Below are positions 17,951-27,115 of a DNA stretch of 64,000 nucleotides, piece by piece. The notes under the pieces were generated by a model. That model was not told the origin of the DNA. It was given only the letters and a program-made list of their open reading frames with translations, and searched no databases. Both the position numbers and the translations under genes were made by a program. The DNA is taken from positions 901,888-965,887 of the forward strand of contig JBMNFL010000001.1 in NCBI GenBank assembly GCA_050949315.1, given 5' to 3'. Within the stretch, counting starts at the first letter, position 1; every line of letters begins with the position of its first letter. Source of the DNA: Bacilli bacterium. GTDB lineage: Bacteria > Bacillota_I > Bacilli_A > RFN20 > UBA1709.

Positions 17951-18771
17951 TGGCAAATTATCGTGCTTTTAAAGAACACTTTATTGAGAAAGCTAAGTTA
18001 TGCAAAAAAGATGCCAATGTTTGGAAACTTCTGCTAGCAGATACTTTAGGTTGTCCTTATGACAAGGTCATTTTAAAACTTGATCAGCAGATATCAGAGT
18101 GGCAACTAGAGTGGTTAGAAATCCTTAGTGAGCGCTACTTTCAAGGCGAAGCCATTCAATACCTTTTAGGTTATTGTTATTTTTATGGTTTAAAATTCCA
18201 TGTTAATCCCAAGGTTTTGATTCCTCGTTTTGTTACTGAAGAATTGGTGGCTTGGGTTTTAGAAGATAATAAAGAAGATAGGCTCAGTTTGGTTGATGTG
18301 GGGACAGGTAGTGGGAATATCGCTCTGGCTTTGAAATCCCAACGTCCAAACTGGGAGATTAAAGGCACGGATGTTTATTCAGAGGCTTTAGAAGTTGCTA
18401 AACTCAATGCCCGCTTTTTAAGTTTAGATGTCACTTTTTTAGAAAGTGATTTTTTAAGTGCGATTGCAAAAATGGATATTGTTGTTTCTAATCCTCCTTA
18501 CATTGCCCCCAATGATCCTGAGGTTGATTTAGAGGTTTTAAACAACGAACCTAGACAGGCTTTATTTACAGAAGATGAAAAAGGTCTTGCTTCTTATGAG
18601 AGAATTTTTCAGCAATTAAAAAGTAGACCATTTAAATTGGCCTACTTTGAATTCGGTTATCGTCAAAAAGCGGATTTAGAACAACTATTAGCCACGTTTT
18701 CTTATAAACACTATGAATTTAGAAAAGATATTACAGGTAAAGATCGCTTTCTAAAAATTTATAACACCTAG
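17950..18771 (+). CDS. prmC: Release factor glutamine N5-methyltransferase PrmC/HemK
   Basis: VDVGTGSGNIAL SAM motif and VVSNPPYI (NPPY). ATGA overlap with the prfA stop. Confidence 0.85.
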   Translation: MANYRAFKEHFIEKAKLCKKDANVWKLLLADTLGCPYDKVILKLDQQISEWQLEWLEILSERYFQGEAIQYLLGYCYFYGLKFHVNPKVLIPRFVTEELVAWVLEDNKEDRLSLVDVGTGSGNIALALKSQRPNWEIKGTDVYSEALEVAKLNARFLSLDVTFLESDFLSAIAKMDIVVSNPPYIAPNDPEVDLEVLNNEPRQALFTEDEKGLASYERIFQQLKSRPFKLAYFEFGYRQKADLEQLLATFSYKHYEFRKDITGKDRFLKIYNT

Positions 18772-20426
18772 ACATTATGGAAACAACTACCACCGATAAA
18801 CTCTCTTAATAAAGAGTTACAGGGCACAAGTTCATCCTCAATATCGCCAAATAACTTGAGATACTTAATTAAGGCGTTGGCATCAATATAATATTCGCTA
18901 TCCTTACTTATGCTTTGAAGTAGAGGTAAGGCGTGTTTTTTGAGTACGCACAATTCGTAGACGAGATCGGAGTTAAAGACAAAGTCAACACCTTCTTGGT
19001 TGTCGTAAATCCAGCGGAACTCCCCTCTACGCACCGAGTTCCAGATAGCGATTGTTCTTTCGGCTGTAAAACCGCGGAAGCTATGATCGCGAACTAAACG
19101 TCTTAACTGTCTTAGTTGAGTGCTGCTGATGGGGGAGTGATTATCGATATTCAATTGAGAGTGCGGAGCGATATAGATTTTAAATTTTTGCATCCGGGGG
19201 ATAGAAACAGTTAAAGCATCGTTTAAGGCGTGGATGCCTTCAATGATAATAGGTTGACCTTCGGAGATTTTCATCTTTTTGCCGATTTCTCTTTTCCCTG
19301 TTACAAAATTAAAACTTGGAGTCTCAACTTCTTCACCGTTGATTAAAGCTACGAGATGTTGGTTAAAAAGATCAACATCAATGGTGTTGATATGTTCATA
19401 GTCAAAACTACCATCTTCATCTGGGACGAGTGAAGCGCGATCGACATAATAATCATCAATTGATAGTTTTACCGGTTTAATACCTTTGATCATCAACTGA
19501 ATGCGCAAGCGGTTGGAAAAAGTGGTTTTGCCACTAGAAGAAGGGCCGGCGATAGCAATGATTTTAATCCGATCAATATTGCGCGAGATACGATCGGCTA
19601 GAATAGACAAACTGGTGTTGTGTAAAGCCTCGCACATATTGACGAAATCAATCTTTTCGCTGTTATTGAGATTGGAATTAATTTCAGCAATGTTTTCGGC
19701 ATGACATCTGAAAGCCCATTTGCTGGCTCTTTTTAAAGTTTCGCCATAAGTGGGTTCATCGACAAAGGGCGGTATTTCTCCATTTAGTTCAGCACGGGGA
19801 TACTGCAAGACTATCCCTGGAGAATAAAGCCTTAATTTATAGTTACCTAGATAACCAGTAGAGGGAACCATGTAACTATAAAGATAATTGATATATGAGG
19901 CACATTGATAGAGGTGCACGGTTTTCTCGGGTCGATATTGCAAGATATCGATTTTGTCATACATTTTATTTTTCTCATAGATTATTCTAGCTTCTTCATT
20001 GCTTACTACCTTGCGAGTAATGGGGAGATCTAAAGAGACTAAACGTTGCATCTCTAAATCGATTTCTCTTAACATGGAAGAATTGAAACGGGTATCAGTT
20101 TCAAGAATGCGGCAAAAAATAGAACGTGAAATATGATAAGAAAATTTAATATGTAAATCAGGATAGAGATAATTGGCCGCCATGGCAAAAAGATAGCGCA
20201 GGGAACTTTCATAAATGCGCATGGCATCATCATCATTCATACGGACAAATTCGATGGTGGCATCATAATAGACTTCAAAAGTTAACTCCCGCATCCGATT
20301 GTTAACTTTGCAGGCGATAATACTATAATCGCGGGGTTGTATTAAATCTAAAACTCGGACTTTCTTTTCAAAAGTTTTTTCTTCTCCATTGAGCTTAATT
20401 GTAAACATTTTATCATTCCTTTTCAT
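18768..20426 (-). CDS. Uridine-kinase-family P-loop nucleoside kinase fused to an N-terminal ThrRS-like TGS domain
   Basis: IIAIAGPSSSGKTTFSNRL Walker A and DDYYVDR (Udk-like). N-terminal MFTIKLNGEEKTF... is TGS-like. 552 aa. Confidence 0.6.
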   Translation of the reverse strand: MKRNDKMFTIKLNGEEKTFEKKVRVLDLIQPRDYSIIACKVNNRMRELTFEVYYDATIEFVRMNDDDAMRIYESSLRYLFAMAANYLYPDLHIKFSYHISRSIFCRILETDTRFNSSMLREIDLEMQRLVSLDLPITRKVVSNEEARIIYEKNKMYDKIDILQYRPEKTVHLYQCASYINYLYSYMVPSTGYLGNYKLRLYSPGIVLQYPRAELNGEIPPFVDEPTYGETLKRASKWAFRCHAENIAEINSNLNNSEKIDFVNMCEALHNTSLSILADRISRNIDRIKIIAIAGPSSSGKTTFSNRLRIQLMIKGIKPVKLSIDDYYVDRASLVPDEDGSFDYEHINTIDVDLFNQHLVALINGEEVETPSFNFVTGKREIGKKMKISEGQPIIIEGIHALNDALTVSIPRMQKFKIYIAPHSQLNIDNHSPISSTQLRQLRRLVRDHSFRGFTAERTIAIWNSVRRGEFRWIYDNQEGVDFVFNSDLVYELCVLKKHALPLLQSISKDSEYYIDANALIKYLKLFGDIEDELVPCNSLLREFIGGSCFHNV

Positions 20427-20526
20427 TCGGCATTTATTTTATAATAGATGGAATAAAAAGGCAACATTTTAAAATTGTTTTCAAGCTTCCACAATTTCTA
20501 GTATAATCTAGACCAGGAGTGATCAA

Positions 20527-21168
20527 ATGAACTACGATTACATTTTATGGGATTGGAATGGCACAATTATCGATGATCGCCAGTTGTGTTTAGATATTCT
20601 TAACTACATGCTTGTAGAACATGGTGTAAAGCCGGTGACCATGGCTCAGTATCAAAACTTTTTTGGTTTCCCAGTCATTGATTACTACCGTAAAGCCGGT
20701 TTTGATTTTAGCCGTTATAGTTATGACAGTCTAGCCCAGGAGTTTATTGAGCTCTACCAAAAGCGCAGTTTGAAAGTTGGACTGGTAAAAGACAGTTTAG
20801 AAACGATAAAAGAACTTCATAAGCGAGGCTATAAGCAAATTGTTTTCTCAGCTTCCGAAATCAACAATCTCAATGAACAAATTGATAGTTATCAATTACG
20901 GGGTTATTTTAAAGAGGCTCTTGGTATTTCCAATATTCATGCTAAAAGTAAATTAGACTTGGGTCTTAATTGGTTAGATGGCCTTAAAAATAAAAAACCT
21001 CGTTTATTAATGATTGGGGATTCCATTCATGATTACGAGGTTGCACAGGCCCTAGGGGCTGATTGTGTTTTGATTAGTATGGGCTCGCATCAAAGCACTA
21101 AGCGCCTAGAAGAAACAGGAGCTCAAGTTTTTACTTCTGCTAAGCAAGTATTGACTTTTTTAATTTAA
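20527..21168 (+). CDS. HAD-superfamily hydrolase (phosphatase)
   Basis: Motif I ILWDWNGTIID (DxN variant) and motif IV MIGDSIHDYEVAQALGAD. Confidence 0.7.
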   Translation: MNYDYILWDWNGTIIDDRQLCLDILNYMLVEHGVKPVTMAQYQNFFGFPVIDYYRKAGFDFSRYSYDSLAQEFIELYQKRSLKVGLVKDSLETIKELHKRGYKQIVFSASEINNLNEQIDSYQLRGYFKEALGISNIHAKSKLDLGLNWLDGLKNKKPRLLMIGDSIHDYEVAQALGADCVLISMGSHQSTKRLEETGAQVFTSAKQVLTFLI

Positions 21169-22190
21169 AATTTTAAAAATTCAATCGTTCCCTTACCATC
21201 CCGATAACAAATGCGGGAATAGCTACCATTGACTAGGGTAATACTGGGTGGAACGTGACCGACATCAACATCATAGAGAACGGGAACGCCCAAATCTTTT
21301 AATTGTCGAGTCAAAGCCTCTTCATATGAAAAGTCATAAAGAGCCTCTCTTTGCAAGGGGCGACCTATAACAAGACCTTTACAGTATTTAAACCAGCCGG
21401 CATTTTTAAGTTGCCATAAAGCGCGACAGGTATCAAGTACTGAAAGATCATAAGTTTCAAGGAACCAGATAATGCCTTCATCTTTGTAACGTTCAACAAA
21501 ATCAGCGACTTTGTCATATTTAGTGCCAATTAGAGTTAATAAAACATCAAGACAGCCGCCGATTAAGCGCCCTTCAAGGCTAATGGAGCGTTTTTTATCT
21601 AAGCTTTTCCATTCACTTTTTTGATCCGCGTTGATGGAGTCAAGAAAATGTCCGCTTTGTTGGCGTAAATCCTCGCTTTGATAATAGTCAAAACTATGTT
21701 GTAAGCGAATCTTGCCAGTAATAAAATCATAGGTTTGCTTAACAAAGTCATCCCATTTAAGGCAACCAAATTCTGGGAAGTGTGGGCCATAAAAAGCCGG
21801 AATGTCGGCGAGTACTGGTAGTAGAAAAGAAAGGTTGGTATTATCGGAGTAGCCTAAAAGGAATTTAGGATGAGGCGCTTTTTTGATAACTTCAAAGTCC
21901 AAGTAATCGAGAATTTCATTCATGAGTTCGCCACCAGATACTGAAAAAATAAAATCAATGTCTTCGTCCAGCCAAGCCCGCATAAAATCATCGGCTCGTT
22001 CTTTAGGTGGTGCACTTTCTACGCGCATTGAACGAAAGGCTAGTGGTGAAACTTGGATGTTATAGCCAAGTTGTTCAAAGTGTTTAATCGCCTGTTCTAG
22101 ACGACTTTTGTAAGGCTCGTCTTGACAGCCAAAAGATGGAGCAATAAGGGCAATTTTAGATTTTGGTTTTAAAAAAGAAAGTTTACGCAT
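21165..22190 (-). CDS. LD-carboxypeptidase (peptidase S66, LdcA/MccF family)
   Basis: KIALIAPSFG, LLGYSDNT (nucleophilic Ser), and a His/Glu region near DVDVGH. Confidence 0.75.
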   Translation of the reverse strand: MRKLSFLKPKSKIALIAPSFGCQDEPYKSRLEQAIKHFEQLGYNIQVSPLAFRSMRVESAPPKERADDFMRAWLDEDIDFIFSVSGGELMNEILDYLDFEVIKKAPHPKFLLGYSDNTNLSFLLPVLADIPAFYGPHFPEFGCLKWDDFVKQTYDFITGKIRLQHSFDYYQSEDLRQQSGHFLDSINADQKSEWKSLDKKRSISLEGRLIGGCLDVLLTLIGTKYDKVADFVERYKDEGIIWFLETYDLSVLDTCRALWQLKNAGWFKYCKGLVIGRPLQREALYDFSYEEALTRQLKDLGVPVLYDVDVGHVPPSITLVNGSYSRICYRDGKGTIEFLKF

Positions 22191-22227
22191 AATATCACCT
22201 CATTATAATCATAACAAAAAAGGCCAA

Positions 22228-22256
22228 AGAAAAACACCGGAGAGCGGTGTTATTTG
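22228..22256 (-). terminator. Rho-independent terminator downstream of the minus-strand tRNA pair
   Basis: On the minus strand: ACACCGCUCUCCGGUGU hairpin followed by UUUUUCUUUGG. Confidence 0.7.
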
Positions 22257-22260
22257 TTTC

Positions 22261-22336
22261 TGGTGGGAGCTAAGGGGATCGAACCCATGACCTTCTGTAC
22301 GTCAAACAGATGCTCTCCCAGCTGAGCTAAACTCCC
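22261..22336 (-). tRNA. tRNA-Val (anticodon GAC)
   Basis: Manual fold of GGGAGUU-UA-GCUC...GAGC-A-UCUGU-UUGACGU-ACAGA...UUCGAUC...AGCUCCC-A-CCA. CCA is encoded. One U-U mismatch in the T-stem. Confidence 0.8.
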
Positions 22337-22344
22337 AGAAAAAG

Positions 22345-22420
22345 TGGAGCCGGCTACCGGATTCGAACCAGCGACCCACTGATTACGATTCAGTAGCTCT
22401 ACCAACTGAGCTAAGCCGGC
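22345..22420 (-). tRNA. tRNA-Thr (anticodon CGU)
   Basis: GCCGGCU-UA-GCUCAGUUGGUAGAGC-U-ACUGA-AUCGUAA-UCAGU-GGGUC-GCUGG-UUCGAAU-CCGGU-AGCCGGC-U-CCA. Confidence 0.85.
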
Positions 22421-22595
22421 CTGTAAAAGCATAGTCATTCTATCTAATTTTTTGACAAAATGCAAGTGCTTTTTAGGATTGCCAAAACCAGAAATTGAAA
22501 AAGTATAGGTATTTTTGCTAAAAACTGCTTTTTCATATTCACAATTGCCACGATTTTTGCTAAGATATAAATAGCACGAGAGCGGGGGTAAAAGA

Positions 22596-23348
22596 ATGCT
22601 TCTTAGTTGGTTTTCCGAAGCTATTGAGAGAATAAACTATCCAGATTTAATAGTTTCTTTTGTCATGATTTTAATCCTAAGTTTCTTCTGTTTTAAGAAT
22701 ACAAACAACAGAAAAGTTTTTGCTTTGTTGCTGGTTATTTATGTATTAATGGTCATAGTTGCCATCTTAGATTATGGTATATCTTACACGGTTTTGGAGG
22801 TCGCTTTAATCATCGCGGCGGCCAGTTATGTTTCCTTGTCTTTCTCAGATCTTGGCCCTTTCTTCAGTCGCAAACCTAGGCGTAAAAAAGTTGAACCTCT
22901 TCCGGAGGAGACAATAGAGCAACTTATTGAAATTATCAATGAAACTGTCATGCTCTTATCAGAAACGAAAACAGGAGCAATTATTACCTTTGAAAAAAAT
23001 GAAGACCTTAGTGAATATATAAACATGGGTGACGCAGTTGATGCCCCAGTAACCTCAGAATTACTAAGAACCATCTTTTATGAAGGGACTCCACTTCATG
23101 ATGGAGCGGTTATCATAAGGGATGGTAAGATAGCGGCGGCCTCAGTTTATTATACGCCAACAACTAGACCACTAAACGGGAAGTATGGTGCTCGGCATCG
23201 AGCCGCCATCGGCTTTAGTGAAGTTCATCGTTCAATCACAGTGGTTGTCAGCGAGGAAACGGGGCGAATTTCCTTTGCTGTAGAAGGCGAATTGATTTCT
23301 GTCTCACGGGACAGTTTTAAAAGACGGCTGATTGAGTACTTAAGCTAA
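22596..23348 (+). CDS. cdaA: Diadenylate cyclase CdaA (c-di-AMP synthase) with N-terminal TM segments
   Basis: DisA_N signatures DGAVII and RHRAAIG. 250 aa with 2-3 N-terminal TM helices. No cdaR or glmM follows. Confidence 0.85.
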   Translation: MLLSWFSEAIERINYPDLIVSFVMILILSFFCFKNTNNRKVFALLLVIYVLMVIVAILDYGISYTVLEVALIIAAASYVSLSFSDLGPFFSRKPRRKKVEPLPEETIEQLIEIINETVMLLSETKTGAIITFEKNEDLSEYINMGDAVDAPVTSELLRTIFYEGTPLHDGAVIIRDGKIAAASVYYTPTTRPLNGKYGARHRAAIGFSEVHRSITVVVSEETGRISFAVEGELISVSRDSFKRRLIEYLS

Positions 23349-23421
23349 GAAGGGAGCACGCCCTTCTTTTTGATATTTTGAAGATTTGCTAAGATTATGA
23401 AAAATAAAAGGAGGTAATAAA

Positions 23422-24927
23422 ATGGCAAAATACACTGAAAAAACATCACACACTTTTAATGAGTATCTTCTTATTCCAGGTTATTCTTCTGAAGAATGTA
23501 TACCCGCGAATGTTTCTTTAAGAACACCTCTGGTGCGTTTTAAAAAAGGAAAAGAACCAGCATTACACTTGAATGTTCCTTTAGTCTCAGCCATTATGCA
23601 GGCGGTTTCTGATGATCGTTTAGCCGCAGCTTTAGCTAAAGAGGGTGGCATATCTTTTATTTATGCTTCCCAGTCAATAGAGGATGAGGCTGCTATGATT
23701 AGACGTGTTAAAAAACATAAGGCTGGTTTTGTTCGCAGCGACTCAAATATCCGTCCTGACCAAAGTTTAAAGGATGTTCTCGCTTTAAAAGCTAGAACGG
23801 GTCATTCCACTATTGCTGTTACGGATGATGGTAGTCCAGACGGTGTTTTGCTCGGTTTAATTACTGATCGTGATTATCGTTTAACTCGTACTAGTCCCGA
23901 AGCTAAAGTTTCAAGTTTTATGACGCCTTTTGAGCGCTTGATTTGTGGTCGTGAAGGCATTTCTCTAAGTGCAGCGATAGACCTTATTTGGGAGAAAAAG
24001 TTAAATACTTTACCAATTGTTGATGAGAATAATCGTCTTTGTAATATGGTCTTCCGTAAAGATTATGAAGCTCATAAAGCTCACCCCAATGAGCTTTTAG
24101 ATAGCAACAAGCGTTTTCTAGTTGGCGCGGGTATTAATACTCGGGATTATGAGGAGCGTGTTCCAGCCTTGCTTGAGGCGGGGGCTGACATACTTTGTAT
24201 CGATTCTTCTGATGGTTTTTCCTTTTGGCAGGAAAAGACAATTAAATGGATTAGAAAAAAATATGGCAATAAAGTTAAGGTTGGCGCCGGCAATATTATC
24301 GATAGAAAAGGCTTCCGTTTTCTAGCCGATTGCGGTGCTGATTTTGTCAAGGTTGGTATCGGCGGCGGCTCAATTTGTATAACTAGAGAAACTAAAGGAA
24401 TTGGTCGGGGGCAAGCTACGGCATTGATAGATGTTTGTGCCGAAAGAGATCTTTATTTCCAAGAGACGGGTATTTATATTCCTGTTTGTTCAGATGGCGG
24501 CATTGTTCACGATCATCACATTACTCTAGCATTAGCCATGGGGGCCGACTTTGTTATGCTCGGTCGTTATTTTGCCCGTTTTGATGAGTCACCATCGCGG
24601 AAGATCAGTATGGGTGGTCGTTATTATAAGGAGTATTGGGGCGAGGGTTCAGCAAGGGCGAGAAACTGGCAACGCTACGATTTAGGTGGCGATCAAAAAC
24701 TCTCTTTTGAAGAGGGTGTCGATTCTTATGTTCCCTATGCTGGAAGTCTTAAATACAACGTGGGATTAACTCTTGCTAAGGTTAAATCTACGATGTGCAA
24801 CTGTGGCGCTTTAAGTATTCCTGAATTACAAGAAAAAGCAGTTCTCACTCTTGTTTCCGCTACTAGTATTGTGGAGGGTGGGGCCCATGATGTTGTGTGT
24901 AAAGAAGATATTAGCAAAACAGAATAA
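23422..24927 (+). CDS. guaB: IMP dehydrogenase family protein with a CBS pair
   Basis: Catalytic-loop [12 protein letters not shown] (Cys) and [12 protein letters not shown]-like insert at 100-230 aa. 501 aa. Confidence 0.8.
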   Translation: MAKYTEKTSHTFNEYLLIPGYSSEECIPANVSLRTPLVRFKKGKEPALHLNVPLVSAIMQAVSDDRLAAALAKEGGISFIYASQSIEDEAAMIRRVKKHKAGFVRSDSNIRPDQSLKDVLALKARTGHSTIAVTDDGSPDGVLLGLITDRDYRLTRTSPEAKVSSFMTPFERLICGREGISLSAAIDLIWEKKLNTLPIVDENNRLCNMVFRKDYEAHKAHPNELLDSNKRFLVGAGINTRDYEERVPALLEAGADILCIDSSDGFSFWQEKTIKWIRKKYGNKVKVGAGNIIDRKGFRFLADCGADFVKVGIGGGSICITRETKGIGRGQATALIDVCAERDLYFQETGIYIPVCSDGGIVHDHHITLALAMGADFVMLGRYFARFDESPSRKISMGGRYYKEYWGEGSARARNWQRYDLGGDQKLSFEEGVDSYVPYAGSLKYNVGLTLAKVKSTMCNCGALSIPELQEKAVLTLVSATSIVEGGAHDVVCKEDISKTE

Positions 24928-24939
24928 GGGGTTTAGAGA

Positions 24940-25917
24940 ATGTATAGCAAACGTCCTTTGGACTTAGTAAGAATTGTTAATGAAGAACAGGCGCAGGCTT
25001 TCCTAACTACGCAAAGCGAGATTTTAAAAAAGCAGATAGGCGAACAAAAAGTTTTACTAGCCTTATCGGGTGGTGTTGATTCGGCGGTAGTGGCGGTATG
25101 GCTTTCAAAAATTATTAAACAAAATCTGATTTGCATTCATGTTAATAATGGCCTTCTACGGCAAGGCGAGAGCGAAGGTGTAGTAGAACTTTTTAAGGAC
25201 GAATTAAAAATAAATTTGCTGTCTGTTGATGCTAGCCAGCGTTTCTTAAAGTTATTAGAAGGAGTTTCTGATCCCGAAGAGAAACGTAAAATTATTGGGG
25301 AGACTTTTATTAAAGTTTTTCAGGAAGAAAGTAGTAAATTAAAAAACATTAACTTCTTAGCTCAAGGGACAATTTATCCCGATATTTTAGAAAGCGCGAA
25401 CGTTAAGGCTCATCACAATGTTGGCGGCTTACCAGAAGAGCTTGGTTTTCAACTGATTGAACCTTTAAAGTTTTTGTATAAAGATGAGGTTCGTCTGTTA
25501 GGCAAGGTTTTAGGCTTGCCAGACTCTTTGATTCATCGGCAACCCTTTCCTGGACCTGGTCTTGCAGTTCGCTGCTTAGGCGAGATTACACCTGAACGTT
25601 TAGAGATTGTTAGGAAATCCGATGCTATTTTGCGAGAAGAAATCGCTAACTATAAAATAGATACCAAAATTTGGCAATACTTTACAGTTGTTCCTAATTT
25701 CAAATCAACGGGTGTTGTTGATGGTCAAAGAAGTTATGCCTATCCTGTAATCATTCGAGCGGTCAATAGTGTTGATGCTATGAGTGCGGAAGTCTACGAG
25801 TTACCTTATGAACTCCTTCATAAATTGACCGAACGGATTACTAAGGAAGTAAAAAACGTCAACCGCGTTCTTTATGACTTAACTCCTAAACCTGTAGGAA
25901 CGATTGAATGGGAGTAG
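24940..25917 (+). CDS. guaA: GMP synthase ATP-pyrophosphatase (PP-loop) subunit. This is the GuaA C-terminal half as a stand-alone protein, without a glutamine amidotransferase domain.
   Basis: LALSGGVDSAV PP-loop. C-terminal dimerisation domain ending YDLTPKPVGTIEWE. 325 aa. Confidence 0.75.
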   Translation: MYSKRPLDLVRIVNEEQAQAFLTTQSEILKKQIGEQKVLLALSGGVDSAVVAVWLSKIIKQNLICIHVNNGLLRQGESEGVVELFKDELKINLLSVDASQRFLKLLEGVSDPEEKRKIIGETFIKVFQEESSKLKNINFLAQGTIYPDILESANVKAHHNVGGLPEELGFQLIEPLKFLYKDEVRLLGKVLGLPDSLIHRQPFPGPGLAVRCLGEITPERLEIVRKSDAILREEIANYKIDTKIWQYFTVVPNFKSTGVVDGQRSYAYPVIIRAVNSVDAMSAEVYELPYELLHKLTERITKEVKNVNRVLYDLTPKPVGTIEWE

Positions 25918-26009
25918 TAATAACACGAGGAATATAAAAATAGAAGAATATTTCAAACTCCATTACATGTGATATAGGGATTTGGCTTAACATTCAATAA
26001 ATTAAAACA

Positions 26010-26042
26010 AAAAAGGTGGTCGAAAGTTTGACCACCTTTTAA
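26010..26042. terminator. Bidirectional rho-independent terminator between guaA (+) and mscS (-)
   Basis: AAAAAAGGTGGTC, loop GAAAGTT, TGACCACCTTTTAAA. There is an A-run on one side and a T-run on the other. Confidence 0.75.
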
Positions 26043-26060
26043 ACTTTAACAAGCTGGAGT

Positions 26061-27098
26061 TTATTTATCGTCATCCATAATATGTTTAGACAATTCTTTT
26101 TGTTCATCAACGAAAACATTAGTTGAACCTTTTCTAACGCCTTTCGCCTCAAAGGTTTGGGGCTCATTGACAATGATTTGCGGCAGGGCGATATAGATTT
26201 TGTTTTCATCGAAGATAAGTTTTATCTCACGATTTAAATCACGGACCAGTTGGTAACGATCGTTTTCATCACAACGGGCGATTAAACGAATAAAAACACC
26301 TTTATCGGCTAATTTGCTAACACCTTTATAGAAAGGTCCTTCAACGATAGAAGGCAGCCGATTTTTAATGCGTTCTAAATTTTCCGAAATGACTTTTTCG
26401 ACCCGTTCTAAAGACTCACCATATTCAATGGCCACATCGCAGATAGCAAGTGACAAATCACTGGTCATGTTGATCATTCTGCGAATGTCAGAGTTGTTGA
26501 TTACTTGGATATCACCACCAACATCAATAATTTTGGTGGTTCTAACCCCGATTTCTTGAACCGTGCCTCTAAAACCATCGATAACCACAACATCACCGAC
26601 ATCAAAGTTTTGTTCAAAGACGATGAAAAGTCCGCTGATGACATCTTCAATTAAGGGTTGGGCCCCAAGACCAATGATGAGTCCGAGAATACCAACACTA
26701 GCAATCAGCGCTGCCGTATCAACGCCCCAGAGTTTAAGAATCCAAATAATTAAAACAATAACCGCCAAATATTTAATAAGACTTTTAACAAGATCCAAAA
26801 CTGATTTTCGTCTGGTTAGTCGTTTCTCTAAAAGACTGAGTAAGAAACGCAGTATTTTAGAAAGTCCCAAGATGACAATAATAAGAAGTAGTGTTGTTAT
26901 AAGGGTGGGGAAGCGGTTTTTAAAGAATAGGCCAATTGAATTTAAGGCGTCTAAACTTGCCCCTAGATAAGATGTTTCGCCAAAAATTAACGGGGCCAAC
27001 AAAACAAACAAAACAAAGAGCCCACAGATGGCAAAGAAGATAGCTTTAGAGATAAAGCGTTTATCTTTGCAGCGACATGATTTTTTTTCTTTTTCCAT
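26061..27098 (-). CDS. Small-conductance mechanosensitive channel (MscS family)
   Basis: Three N-terminal TM helices, then the MscS beta-domain motif DVGDVVVIDGFRGTVQEIGVRTTKII. The ORF track starts at TTG 27113. The ATG at 27098 (MEKEKK...) has a GGAGG Shine-Dalgarno and lies 17 nt after the stop of the giant repeat gene. Confidence 0.8.
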   Translation of the reverse strand: MEKEKKSCRCKDKRFISKAIFFAICGLFVLFVLLAPLIFGETSYLGASLDALNSIGLFFKNRFPTLITTLLLIIVILGLSKILRFLLSLLEKRLTRRKSVLDLVKSLIKYLAVIVLIIWILKLWGVDTAALIASVGILGLIIGLGAQPLIEDVISGLFIVFEQNFDVGDVVVIDGFRGTVQEIGVRTTKIIDVGGDIQVINNSDIRRMINMTSDLSLAICDVAIEYGESLERVEKVISENLERIKNRLPSIVEGPFYKGVSKLADKGVFIRLIARCDENDRYQLVRDLNREIKLIFDENKIYIALPQIIVNEPQTFEAKGVRKGSTNVFVDEQKELSKHIMDDDK

Positions 27099-27115
27099 TT
27101 TTCTAACCTCCAATG

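Noticed and set aside
22250-22465. 71-aa ORF on the minus strand
   Set aside because: It overlaps the tRNA-Val(GAC) and tRNA-Thr(CGU) genes, and the reading frame is an artefact of the structured RNA sequence.
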